Source: Felis catus
Lineage: Eukaryota
Reading direction: 5' to 3'
NCBI RefSeq assembly: GCF_018350175.1
Contig: NC_058369.1
Location: 2,544,001-2,608,000, forward strand
Length of the DNA: 64,000 nt
The notes beneath the pieces were generated by a model that did no database searches, was not told where the DNA came from, and saw only the letters and a program-made list of their open reading frames with translations. Every line of letters starts with the position of its first letter. The stretch's first letter is position 1. Below are positions 1 through 11,433 of this stretch, piece by piece. The position numbers and the translations under genes are program-made.

Positions 1-1635
1 CAACCGACCCCGGACTTTTCCGTAAATTACAACCAAGTTTGGACACCAGCCCCACCCCCTCCCGTCTCCCCTTGCCCCCCCCCCCCCGCCCGCTCCCTAA
101 TGTGAAACACTACTGCGGGCCACACGGAGTGGGAAGGGGGCTTCGTGGTCCGCCCCAGCTGGGGAGGGGGGCTCCTGAGTTGGGGGCCGAGGGCTTCACT
201 GCCCCCACCCTTGGTGGCTTCCCCAAATTAAATCACAACTTTTCCTATATATATATATATGCATATATATATAGAGCTATAGACAGTATATATATTTTTT
301 GAGTATAGATCATGGGACCAAACTTTTCCGACTTCCTTCCATCCAAGAGAAGGTGACCCTGGCCCGGTCACTCAGCAGGGACATAAGAAGGGCTGAGGAT
401 GACCGGGCAGCCCAGTGTGTCCCCACCTCCCGCTGTCATGTCAGACCAGGGCACGGAGAAGCACTGGGAATCATCAGCCAACGCGATATACCTCCAGGAC
501 ATTGGGCCCCTGCCACCGACGTTCTCGCAGGCCCTTGGGCTCGGCCAGCTCGAGTGTCCCTGGTCTTAGCTGCAGCTTCTGGAACCCCTACCCCCTCCCT
601 CACCCCAGGGCCCTGCCTTCCCCGACGTAGGCAAAGAAGAGACCCCCCTGGCCTCCCACCCCCACCCCCGTCATAGCCTTACTCATGTGACCAATAGCCC
701 TTAGCTTTCCGTCAGGGGCAGACAGGGTCGGGGGAGCCCCCCTGCCCCTCGCGCCCCCTCCCAAGGGCAGGCAGCCGCCCTCCCTGCCTTCGGATCACCA
801 GCCTGGAGTTCACGATCTCATGACCAAGATCGCCACGCGCGTTGGACAAACCCAACCCGCTCTGGCCCAGCACCCCTTTACCAGAGATACCTCTACAAAT
901 AATTTTTTTTTTTGAATTTTGGTCTTTCTGAGAAGATACAAAGAAGAAAAGAGAAAAAAAAATGGGGAAAAAAAATCAGACAACAGTGGATTTTTGTTTC
1001 CTAGTTGGGGCGGGGAGGGAGGTCTTGTGGGGCGCCTCTGTATAGCTACTCAAACCGCGAAAACCCATCTTGAAGCACAGAGTCAAGTTCGTTGGACGTC
1101 CAGTGGGGCCTCTTGCCAAATGAGGCACCAGAGAACTTCATAAGCTCAAGAAAAAAAAAAATTTGTAAAGAAAAAACAGCCTTCCCTTTTGTTTCTACCA
1201 AAATGTGTTGACTGACCCAGAAAAAAAAAAAAAAAAAGAAAAAAAAAAAACCACATAGCAAAAAAAAAAAAAAAAAAGGAAAAGAAAAAAAAAATCTTAT
1301 GACCAACTTGTTTCGATATTCCAGAGTTTGATAATTGTTCCGAGACACTCTAGCGTGCCTGTGTCCTGTGCGTCTGCGTGTGCAAGCGTGTGCTCAGGGG
1401 CCACGAGGGGGCCTCGTCCGCGTCCCCGGCACCTGCCCAGCCCCGGCCAGGCCTGCTTGGGAGAGCGTGCTGGCGTGCAGTGGCGTTGTGTCCTTCTGGT
1501 CCATGTTTACTGGCTGTAAATACCATTTTTATACTCCACATCGAAGACCTACGTGATTTGTACGATGTACTTTATTTCTGCTACGAGTAATTTCATGAAG
1601 TTTCAACTTGCAAACCGACTTTTGGAGACAAATCG

Positions 1636-1636
<1 letters not shown>

Positions 1637-1672
<36 letters not shown>
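1637..1672 (+). repeat. (CA)18 microsatellite in the 3' UTR-like segment
   Basis: Directly visible. Confidence 0.95.
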
Positions 1673-1676
<4 letters not shown>

Positions 1677-1839
1677 AGGAAGACAAGAAAGGAACTTACA
1701 GGGAACTTTGGGTGGACTGGGTTTGCATTTCTGGCTGGAGAGGTCCTTGGCACTGTGGTGTGTTTCAGGTGAGAAGCTGCAACCATCATCTTAATGTCCA
1801 AACGCCTCTCTTTGGTCTGGAGAAACTGAAAGTTTATTT

Positions 1840-1845
1840 AATAAA
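1840..1845 (+). terminator. Canonical polyadenylation signal AATAAA
   Basis: agtttatttAATAAAagttttact, at the end of the UTR-like segment. Confidence 0.7.
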
Positions 1846-2268
1846 AGTTTTACTTGCTAAAGGACCGGGTCCTCCCTGATTTTCCCTCTCTCGTCCACAA
1901 AAGCCCGCGTGCGTCTGGCCCCAGCGAGTTTCCCCGGGGCCAGAGAAAAACCCAGGTTTCAAGTGGGGATGCGGGAGGAGATATTCCAAGAAGGGAGGTC
2001 TGCAGAATCCATCTGATTCTCCCAGAAGTTGAGGAAATGGAACCTTTCCTCCTCCAGGAGATCAGGTGCCTGTGTTCGTGGGTTCCCGCGCTCATTCATT
2101 CTGCAAACACTGAGCACCTACTGTGTGCCCGTCCCTGTCCTGGCCACCAGGGCTGCCGCAGTAGCAGACCGGAGACCCGGTGGCTCTGGTTTCGGCCCTC
2201 GTGGAGGTGGCCCAGCGGAGGAGAGAGACGCTACACAATATGCATTTTCTTTACACGGAAGTAAAACC

Positions 2269-2380
2269 GGGGCACCTGGGTGGCTCAGTCGGTTGAGCGC
2301 CCGACTCTTGGTTTCAACCCAGGTCGTGATCTCATCAAGCCCCGCGTCAGGCTCTGCACTGGCAGCATCGAGACTGCTTG

Positions 2381-2420
<40 letters not shown>

Positions 2421-2478
2421 CCTCCCCTTCTCACTCTCGCTCAAAATAACTACATAAACTTAAAAAATAAAATAAATT
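2269..2478 (+). mobile_element. CanSINE
   Basis: GGGGCACCTGGGTGGCTCAGTCGG head, (CT)n body, A-tail, GAAGTAAAA on both sides. Confidence 0.92.
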
Positions 2479-2489
2479 GAAGTAAAATG

Positions 2490-3210
2490 TATGGAACATA
2501 AAATCCACCATTTTTCCTACTTTAAAGTAAGTTTACAACCCGGCATTAAGTACATTCACAAGGTTGTGCAGGCATGACCTCTAATACCAAGCAAGACATT
2601 CTGACCTGCGGAAGCAACCCCATTAACAGTCACCACCCCCCCCCCCCAAGCCCCTGGTTCCCACGAGCCCCCTTCCCGTCCGTGGATGAGCCTGTTGTGG
2701 ACATTTCACAAATGTGGACTCACACCCCGCGTGGCCTCTCGTGGCCGGTTCTCTCCCTGAGCGTCGTGTGTTCAGGGACCGTCCGTGGGGCGGCGGGTGA
2801 GGGCGCCTCGCTCCTGCTCGCGGCCGAGGGATGTGCGCGTGCGCAGTGGACACGTTCATCTGTGGACGGGCGCGTGCGCGGTGGACGCGCGTCGCCATTC
2901 GTCCGTCGGAGGCGTGGGGTGTCGCCACCTCTCGGCCGTCGTGAATCGTGCCGCTATGAATACTCGCGCGTGTGCGGGGAAGCTCCTGCTTGAGTCCCCT
3001 TGGGTTCAGCGCGGGGACCTGCTGGGTCGCTGGGTGTCGAGGTCTCTGAGGCGCCACCAGGCCAGTCTCCGAGGCGGCCCCGCCAGCCTGGCCCGGGGCT
3101 CCGCCTTCTCTGCACCCTCGCCCGCGCCAGTGGCGCGGTAGAGACAAATCCCGCAATTGGACCGAAGCAGCTGAGGATCCAGTGGTGTTCCGGAGGTGAG
3201 GCCTGAAGGA
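2490..3210 (-). mobile_element. Old L1M 3' fragment, strongly GC-shifted
   Basis: cattaagtacattcaca, ggacatttcacaaatgtggactcacac and gtgaatcgtgccgctatgaa align by eye with the antisense L1M 3' end. Confidence 0.75.
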
Positions 3211-4056
3211 GGGGCCTGCCATGCTCCTGGGGAGGCCTCGCGGGGGGGACGCCAGGCTCTGGGACAGGGTCTGGCTGGGCGGGGGCGTGAATAGTGGAGA
3301 CAGCCACCCCCCCCCCCACTGATGCCCCCACCAATGAGGCACTTAAGACCCTGCCAGGCACCTGGAAGTAGCCTTGTCTTTCAACCTTATCGATAACGCA
3401 TCCCATTTTGGAGTTGAGGAAATTCAGAAACAGGGAGCACTGCAGAAAGAACGAGGCCCAGTCGGGGCGGGAGCTGGAAAGATGAGTCTGAGTCCGCCTG
3501 GAAGGGTTTTCTGGGTGGAAGGAACAGCCTAGGCAAAGGCTCGGAGGCCGAGATGTTGTGGCGGTTGGACGGTGGGCTAAGACTTGACTGCGGCACTGGG
3601 TGGAGAATCGGATGCAGAGGCGATACTCAGTTCCAGACAGCCTCTGCTGAGTAAGCATCTACCCAGTGCCAGACCTTGTCCCCATCCTCCCAAGCCCCTG
3701 GTCGAGGAGAAAGGTGGGCAAAAAGCAGAACTGCCCATCCCTGCAAGAAAAAGTACTTGCAGAGTGTGCCAAAAGTCGTAACCACGGTGAGGTTAGCAAA
3801 GCTGGGCCATCATCTTGAGGGCGGTGAGGAGCCACAAAAGGGCTTTGAGCGGGGGAGAGGCTCTTGATCAGAGTCAGGTATGAGAAGGACACCTGGGTGA
3901 CCTCCATGCTGCCATGGGATGGAAATCGGCACCCTGGCAGATAACTTGGCAGGATAACATTCCTACCCAGCATTTATTAAGCGCTTACTATTTGCCAAGC
4001 ATTGTGTCAAGCCTGAGCCATACGCTACAGTAGCCGCTCGCCACACGTGGGCATTT

Positions 4057-4447
4057 AAATTTATTTAAGATTTATTTATCTTTGAGAGAGAGAGAGCACA
4101 AACGGGGGAGGGGCAGAGAGTGATGGGGACAGAAGATCCGAAGCGGGCTCTGTGCTGACCGCAGCGAGCCCAACACGGGGCTCGAACTCTGGAACCCTAA
4201 GATCATGACCTGAGCTGAAGTCGGACACTCAACTGACTAAGCCACCCAGGTACCCCTTGGCTATTTAAATTTAAATCAAGGGGCACCTGGATGGCGCAGT
4301 TGGTTAAGCATCGGACTCTTGATCTCATCTCTGGTCATGATCTCAGTGTTCATGAGTTCAAGCCCCGCACTGGGTTCTGTACCCACAGCGTGGAGCCTCC
4401 CTGGGATTCTGTCTCTCCCTCTCTCTGCCCCTTCCCTGCTTGCATGA

Positions 4448-4499
<52 letters not shown>

Positions 4500-4530
4500 A
4501 AAATAAATAAACAAATTTTAAAAAATTAAA
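4057..4530. mobile_element. Head-to-head CanSINE pair (4057-4256 minus, 4280-4530 plus) inserted in a MER3/MER33-like hAT fossil
   Basis: Two SINE heads 23 bp apart; flanks tagccgctcgccacacgtgg and agccacatttcaaggtctcaat resemble MER33. Confidence 0.85.
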
Positions 4531-5044
4531 TTGATTTACCGAATCATAGATTCACTTCTTTAGCCAAGTTAAGCCACATTTCAAGGTCTCAATCGCTCCA
4601 CGTCTTTCCGGACAGCACTGGGCTGTGTTTTATGTGACTGAACTCACTTCACCTGCCACCACCTTGGGAGGTATGTCCCGATGATAGCCTCATTCTATGA
4701 GCTACTAAACTGAGGCCCAGAGAGATTAAGCACCTGCCTGAGGCAGCACAGCAGGAATCGAATCCTGGCTCTCTGGCTGGTCTCTTAACCACTGGGCTAT
4801 CTCACTTCCGTGTGTAGTGGCTAAAATTCAAATGTATGAGATTGTAATACAAGTCATTATAACACTCCAATTTAAGCTTTGAAGTGTAGCTCAGAGTTGT
4901 TGAACGCTTTGGAACCTGCAGCCATACAATACGGCCGTTCCGGCTGGCTGTCTCCATGGAGCGAACAGGGGGATGCTTGGGGCGGCCGAGCCCTGCTGCG
5001 ATGTCACTGTTCATCCAGGGGCATAGGCAAAGTGACACCCAGGG

Positions 5045-5884
5045 TGTGTTGGTTCGCTGTCACTCAAAACAAATCTCTCCCCACCCCCAGTTTAGCAATA
5101 CACATTTATTAGGTCACAGTTTCTGTGGGTCAGGAGTCCAGGAGTAACTTCACTGGGTGGCTCAGGGTCTCCCACGAGGTTGAGGTCAACACAGACCTGC
5201 CGGGGCTGCCTTATCTGAAGGCTGGACCGGGGCCGGAAGAGCCGTTCTTGCTGACGCCCTCTCGGGGCTGCTTGTGGGAGGCCTCAGCTCCTCACTACGT
5301 GGACCTCTCCGTGGGGCTGCTCGTGACCTGGCAGCCGGCTTCCCTGTGACCTAGAGGAAGAGTGGGGGAGGGGCAGAGAGAGAGGGAGGCACAGAATCCG
5401 AAGGAGGCTCCAGGCTCTGAGCTGTCAGCACAGAGCCCGATGTGGAGCTCGAACTCAGAAACTGTGAGATCATGACCTGAGCTGAAGCGGGACACTCAAC
5501 CGACTGAGCCTCCCAGGCGCCCCTCATTTTAAATACATTTTGTAAAGAATGGAAGAGGCAGGTATGGGAGGCATTTTGGGGAAAGTATCTATGTTTCACA
5601 TACCTGCTCCACTGCCCTACGGGGACGCCCACATGGCCAAGGCTAGCTGCCCGTGAGGAACTGAGTCCTGCCAATGACCACACGCGGTTGGATGTGGGTC
5701 TTTCCACCGTCGAGCCTTCAGATGAGACCCAGCCCCGGCCACCCCATTGACTGCAGCCCATGAGAGGCCTGAACCAGAATTCCGCTGAGCACCCCCAGAT
5801 TCCTGACCCACAGAAACTTGGGTCATGCGTGGCTTAAGCCACTGAGGTTAAGAGAAGTCACTATGCAGCTATGATAGCTAACAC
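5045..5884. mobile_element. Two MLT1 (ERVL-MaLR) LTR fragments in opposite orientation with a minus-strand CanSINE (5355-5523) between them
   Basis: gtttctgtgggtcagga (~5120) and its complement ttcctgacccacagaaac (~5800); the right fragment ends ...gctaacaca. Confidence 0.7.
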
Positions 5885-5990
5885 ATCAACAAAACCTCAT
5901 CAAGCACAGCAAAAGCTTCGAAATGCCCAGGATGACCCTCAGAAGAATCTGGAGAGAAAATGATAACATTTTATTGAAAGACATAAACGA

Positions 5991-6217
5991 GGAGCGCCCG
6001 GGTGGCTCAGTCGGTTGAGCGGCCGACTTCGACTCAGGTCATGATCTCGCAGTTCACGGGTTCGAGCCCCACATCAGGCTCTGTGCTGACGGCTCAGAGC
6101 CTGGAGCCTGCTTCGGATCCTGTGTCTCCCTCTCTCTCTGGCCCTCCCCTGCTCGCGCTCTGTCTTTCTCCAAAATATAAACATTAAAAAAAATTTTTTT
6201 TTAATAAAAATGTAAAA
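5991..6217 (+). mobile_element. CanSINE (felid type)
   Basis: tRNA-like head with A/B boxes, ggctcagagcctggagcctg segment, A-tail. Confidence 0.92.
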
Positions 6218-6484
6218 ACTACACGTCCTAAAAGCATAGTGGTTAAGGCTGGAGGCCTTCTGCCCAGGGTTTCGATCCCAACTATGACACTTGTCAGACC
6301 AGTGGCCAATCCCTCAGCTCAGATCTCTGTGTCCCCCCTCTGCAAAATGAGGCTAATCGGACACCACCTTTTGAGGGTTGTTGTGGGAACGAATGAGTTG
6401 ATGTTAAGGAAGCCTGGAGCAAGCGCTATGCAGGTGTCAAATCAATCCCTTTGAAGTTTCCTTTCCGAAGGCTTCTTCCCAAGA

Positions 6485-6503
6485 CACCAGCAGGGGGCAG
6501 CAG
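6485..6503 (+). promoter_or_regulatory. CTCF core motif
   Basis: CACCAGCAGGGGGCAGCAG matches the CCASYAGRKGGCRSY consensus. Confidence 0.65.
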
Positions 6504-7516
6504 AGACCCACGCCTTCGTCCAGGATTGGCGTCACCACTTTGAAATGCCACCAAGCATTTATTGAGCACCCACTGTGTGCCACGCAGTGCTCCGCGGGCT
6601 GCAGGGGGTGGTGAGGGGACCCCTGGACTCTCTGCTGGGTACAAGGGCTACCCTATCCCTTAAAGTCAACGGGATCAGCCCCACCTCCCGCCTCGCCGTG
6701 CTCCTCCCCACGTTGACAGTGGTCCAGCTGCCAGCCCTTCTCTCTCCTCCCCGCCCTGGCTTCTGAGATGCCGGGTTGGGATGGAGGCACACATAGTCTC
6801 TTGAGCACAGAGAACACCCGTGGCTAAGGTGGACAGGTAGGGATTTCCCAGGTCCTAGTGACGGAACAGGGGGCCCTTGGCCTGGCTGGCCTCAGGACTG
6901 CAGAGAGGGCGCAAGCAGGGTGCATGGTGGTCAAACGGGGCTTGCGGGCCCCCCCCCCCAGGACACGGACTGGGACCCTCACCTCTGGGTTCTCAGTACG
7001 TGCAAGTCGGGGCCTGCCTGCCCTCGAGCAACCTCTTTCTCTCTCCAAACCTCAGTTTCCTCATCTGCAAAATGGGACTCACGATAGTGCGCCGCATCCA
7101 GGACTGTGGAGACCATCAGGGAGATTAATTAAGGCACATAAATAACAGCCGTTGTCAACTTAATGTAAGGTGACAAGGCAAAACAGAACCTCCTTCCAAA
7201 TCAGGAAAGTGAACTCTCAGACATCAGCCCTGCTGGATTGCCAGCATTTATTGAGCGCCTACTGTATGCTACACGCGGTGTAGGTCCTGGAGGTCCAACA
7301 GGAAACAAAATGCACAAAATTTCCAATTGGCACCTCCAGCATCTCGCCCGGCCCCAGCCCCGCCTTCACCCCGCCCCCTCTCTTTCCCCGAGCCTACCAG
7401 AGTGAGGTGGAGGTGGAGGTGATCTACATATTCATGATTCACCAGCCAATCCGCAGCCGGAACTCGAGCCAGTCTATCGACCCTGGGTAATTGTGACATC
7501 AAGAGTGATGCAGTGA

Positions 7517-7657
7517 CGGGCTCTGGGCTGATGGCTCGGAGCCTGGAGCCTGTTTCCGATTCTGTGTCTCCCTCTCTCTCTGCCCCTCCCCCGTTCATGC
7601 TCTGTCTCTCTCTGTCCCAAAAATAAATAAACATTGAAAAAAAAAATTAAAAAAAAA
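7517..7657 (+). mobile_element. 5'-truncated young SINEC_Fc
   Basis: Perfect 16-bp TSD AAGAGTGATGCAGTGA at 7501-7516 and 7658-7673; lacks the tRNA-like head. Confidence 0.92.
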
Positions 7658-9019
7658 AAGAGTGATGCAGTGAGTGATCCTTAAAGGTACAGTAACCGCC
7701 TGTAGAGAAGGGAACCTGCCTCTCTTTGGAGGTCTGTACAGTGCAGGTTGGGGTGTGCCGGGCATAGAGACCGGCTCAGACCAATGGCGCCTGGGTGAAG
7801 CCCTGGGATAAGTTTCGAGCGCTCACTCCCTGCCAAGCACTTCACTCCAGCACCGGGTTCGCTGCGTGCAGCCGGAGCTTCAGCACCGGGGGTCGTGGAC
7901 AGATCCAGGGCCTGGCTGGAGGGTCCTGTGTGGGTGGGTGGATTGTGTGGCGAGGTTCTGGGGACAGGATCCAGAAAGAACCCCAGGCCCTCAGCCAGCC
8001 CAACAGGAACAAGGGCCTATTCTTTCTCTGCCTGTCTGCCCTCCATCAAAGCCTCAAATGAGCCCAGCTCTTGATTCAGGAATCTGCCCGACATCTCCAG
8101 GCGGATGTTCCTCAGGACGAAACTGATGGAGAAAATAGTGCAGGGGGAGCTGAGTAAAAAGAGGAAGCTTATGTTGGCTTCCAGGCAAACAGTGGTGTGA
8201 TGAGGCTTAGATGTGGCTTAGATGAGACCAGAGCTCCCCAGAACCCCCCCCCCGGTCAGGATTTGTCACCTTTATCATTTAAATATGACAATAGACAATT
8301 ATCTAATGTCCATCTCCCCCAACATACTGTGAGCTCCCTGAAGGCAGGCTTGGGGTCTGCCTCAGTCTTGCGGTGTTCCCCGGGGCTCAGTACAGGACCT
8401 AGCATACAGAAGGTGCTCAATAAAAGTCTGATGAATGAATAAATGAATGTCTCACGCCCAGAACCCTGGTTAGGAGGCATCTGACATCGCATTGAATCTC
8501 ACAACAAAGCTGCAAAGAAAACATCATCGCACCCATTTTACAGGTGGGGAAATTGAGACTCAGAGAAGGGAAGAAGTTTGCCTGAACAAAGCCAGGCAGA
8601 CACAAAAGAGCCCTCTGGTGGTCATGGAAGGTCCCAATCCATGGGAGGTGGCATTTCAGGGGGGTCTGGAAGGGTGAGGGTAAGGGGTCAAGGGCCAGCA
8701 CAAGGGCTACAGGAAGGCACGAGCAAGCGTTGAGTCATGTGATTGCAAAGGATGAAATCCAGCTGGCCACCCAACGGGAAGGTCATGTGGGGTTCGAGGG
8801 TCAGGGGGAAAGTTCCTGAGCTGGTAAGTCTGTCCCGTGCGGAGAAGAGCGCTGTGCGCATCTGATCCCCTGAGACCTGCCCTTGGATCATGCCATCCCT
8901 TGGGCAAGGGCAGGACCTGCCTCTTGCTCCAACCAAGAGAATATGGCAAGGGTGATGGTTTCCTTCTCATGGCCAGGCTACTTTCTCCCTCTTGTGTTTT
9001 TCCTTCAATTGTCGTAAAG

Positions 9020-10600
9020 CAAGTGTGACATAAAATTTACCATTTGAACCATTTTTAGGCATACAGCTTAATGGCATTAAGCACTTTCACACAATCTATG
9101 ATATAAACATTTACTGCTATAATTTTTCACCAAAGTCCTGTTTTGGCTGCATCCCATAAGTGTTGATACATTGTATTTTCATTGAATTAAAAGTAGTTTC
9201 TCCGGGCACCTGGGGTGGTGCAGTCAGTTACACATCTGGCTCTTGTTTTCAGCTCAGGTCATGATCTCACAGTTCATGAGTTCGAGCTCCGCATAGGGCT
9301 CTGCATTGACAGTGCAGAGTCTGCTTGGGATTCTCTCTCTCCCTTTTTCTCTGCCCCTCCCCAACTCATTCTCTCTCTCTCTCTCTCAAAAATAAATAAA
9401 TAATTGTATTTGAAAGTATTTTCTCATGTTTTACGCTTTCCTCTTTGATCTGGGTTATTAAGAAGTTGGTTGTTTGGAGAGGGTTTTTTTTTTTTTCCCC
9501 ACATGTCTTCGTGTTACTGATACATAGTTTTGTTATGGCCTTGAATTCTCTTAAATTTATTAAGGTTCTTTTGATGCCCTATTTTGGTGAATACAATGAA
9601 AGAATAGGGTCTCTCTTGGGGAATGGTCCAGATGAACTTGGAAAGGATGCACACTGTCCTGTTGTTGGATAGAATGTTCTGTCCATGTCATTTCAAGCTG
9701 GTTGACAGCGTTATCCAGGTCCTCCACAGCCTTGCCGACCTCCTGTCCATTTTCCCCATCAATTGTCGAGGGAATAGTGTGGAGGCCTCCAAGTATAATT
9801 GTAGGTTCGCCAAACTCTCCATTAAGCTCTATTCATTTTCATTTCCTGTATTGCAATTGTCCTTTGTGAGATCGTTTGCTGATTGTATGTGTGTAAAAAC
9901 ACACACTTTCAGGATTGGCAGATTGACCCCATCATCAGTGTACATACCTTGCTACCATGTCTGCTTTGTCTGGCTTTAATGTATCCACTCCAGTATATTT
10001 TAAATTCGTGTTCTCTCATACATTTCCCCCGTCATTTCACTTTATCTGTCTTTATATTTAAAGTGAGTGTCTTGCTAATCACGAATTTTTCCAGTTGTTT
10101 TGTTTGCTGAGAAAGCCTTCCTTTCTCCTTCATTTTCAAATGATACTTTCGTTGGGTATAAAATTCTGGGTTGACAGTCTTTTCCCATCCACAAGATATC
10201 AGTCCATTGTCTTCTCGCCTGTGCAGTTTCAGATGAGAAATCTGTGGTGACTCTTATTGATGGTCCTCTGTATGTAATGTGTCTTTTCGTCCTCGGCCGC
10301 CTTCAAAATTTTTCTCTGTATCTTTAATTTTATGCTTTTCGAATATGACACCTGAGTATGTGCTTGGGTGGGTATTTATTCTGTTGGTATTTTCTGAGCT
10401 ATGGGATCTGTGGTTTAATGTCTTTGACTTTTTAAAGTTATTGGCCATTCTCTCTTAAAATACTCTTCAGCCTCTTGTCTTCTTCTTCTGGGATTCTTTT
10501 TTTTTTTTTTTTTTTCCTTCTGGGATTCTGATTACACATGTGTTAGATCACTTGCTCCTGTCCCACAGCCCCTGGATGCTCTTGACCTGTCTGTAACACC
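9020..10600 (-). mobile_element. Old L1M fragments interrupted by a CanSINE (9204-9402, plus strand)
   Basis: T-rich antisense L1 pattern (ttggctgcatcccataag; gggtataaaattctgggttgacag; gatgagaaatctg). Confidence 0.75.
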
Positions 10601-10772
10601 TCTCCAATGTTTGGTTGTCTTCTTAACGAAGAGAGAGCAGGCTTTAGGCTTGCTCTCAGGTCAGAGTTGGATAAGATTGAGGTGTTTGTTACATTTACCT
10701 TTACAGCTGACCTTGACTCACGGCAGCCTGAGTGGTGAGTTATCCTTTTTTCTTTAAATACATCTAAGTCTC

Positions 10773-11433
10773 GAGGTGCCTGGGTGGCTCAGTCAGTTTG
10801 AGTGTACGACTCTTGATTTCAGCTCAGTTTGTGATCCCAGCGTTGTGGGATCAAACCCCCAGTCAGGCTCCATGCTGAGTGTGAATCCTGCTTGTGATTC
10901 TCTCTCTCCCTCTGTCCCTCTCCCCTGCTTGCTCTCCCTCTCTCTAAAATGAAAATAAAAAGGGAAGGAAAAATAGATCTACATCTTTTTTTTAATATAA
11001 ATAGCTTGATCAAAAGAAAAGTGTTTGGGGTGCCTGGGTGGCTCAGTGGGTTAAACGTCTGACTCTTGAGTTCAGCTCAGGTCATGATCTCATGGTTTGT
11101 GAGTTCGAGCCCTGCATCAGGTTCTGCACTGACAGCATGGAGCCTGCGTGGGATGCGTGCTCTCTCTCTCTCTCTCTCTCTCCCTCCCTCAAAAATAAAT
11201 AAAAATGAACTTAAAAAACAAGAAAGAAAAATGTTCAGTGGCGCCTGGGTGGCTCAGTCGGTTAGCACCCAGCTCTTGGTTTTGGCTCAGGTCATGATCT
11301 CACGGTTTCTAAGATCGAGCCCTACATTGGGCTCTGTGCTGACAGCCCAGAGCCTGCTTGGGATCCTTTCTCTCCCTTTGTCCCTCCCTTTCTCTCTCTC
11401 TCTCTTTCAAAAATAAATACATAAACTTAAAAA
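10773..11433 (+). mobile_element. Three tandem CanSINEs (10773, 11027, 11240)
   Basis: Three heads and three tails. The third is flanked by TSD AAAAATGTTCAGT and sits in the 3' end of the second. Confidence 0.92.

Larger units (their letters stand above)
1..1865 (+). other. CELF5: Terminal part of a long 3' UTR of the upstream gene, probably CELF5
   Basis: Repeat-free, with AT/A-rich tracts, a TGTAAATA element and AATAAA at 1840-1845, after which repeats begin. The gene name is inferred only from CELF5-NFIC synteny in human 19p13.3; no coding sequence is visible. Confidence 0.55.
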
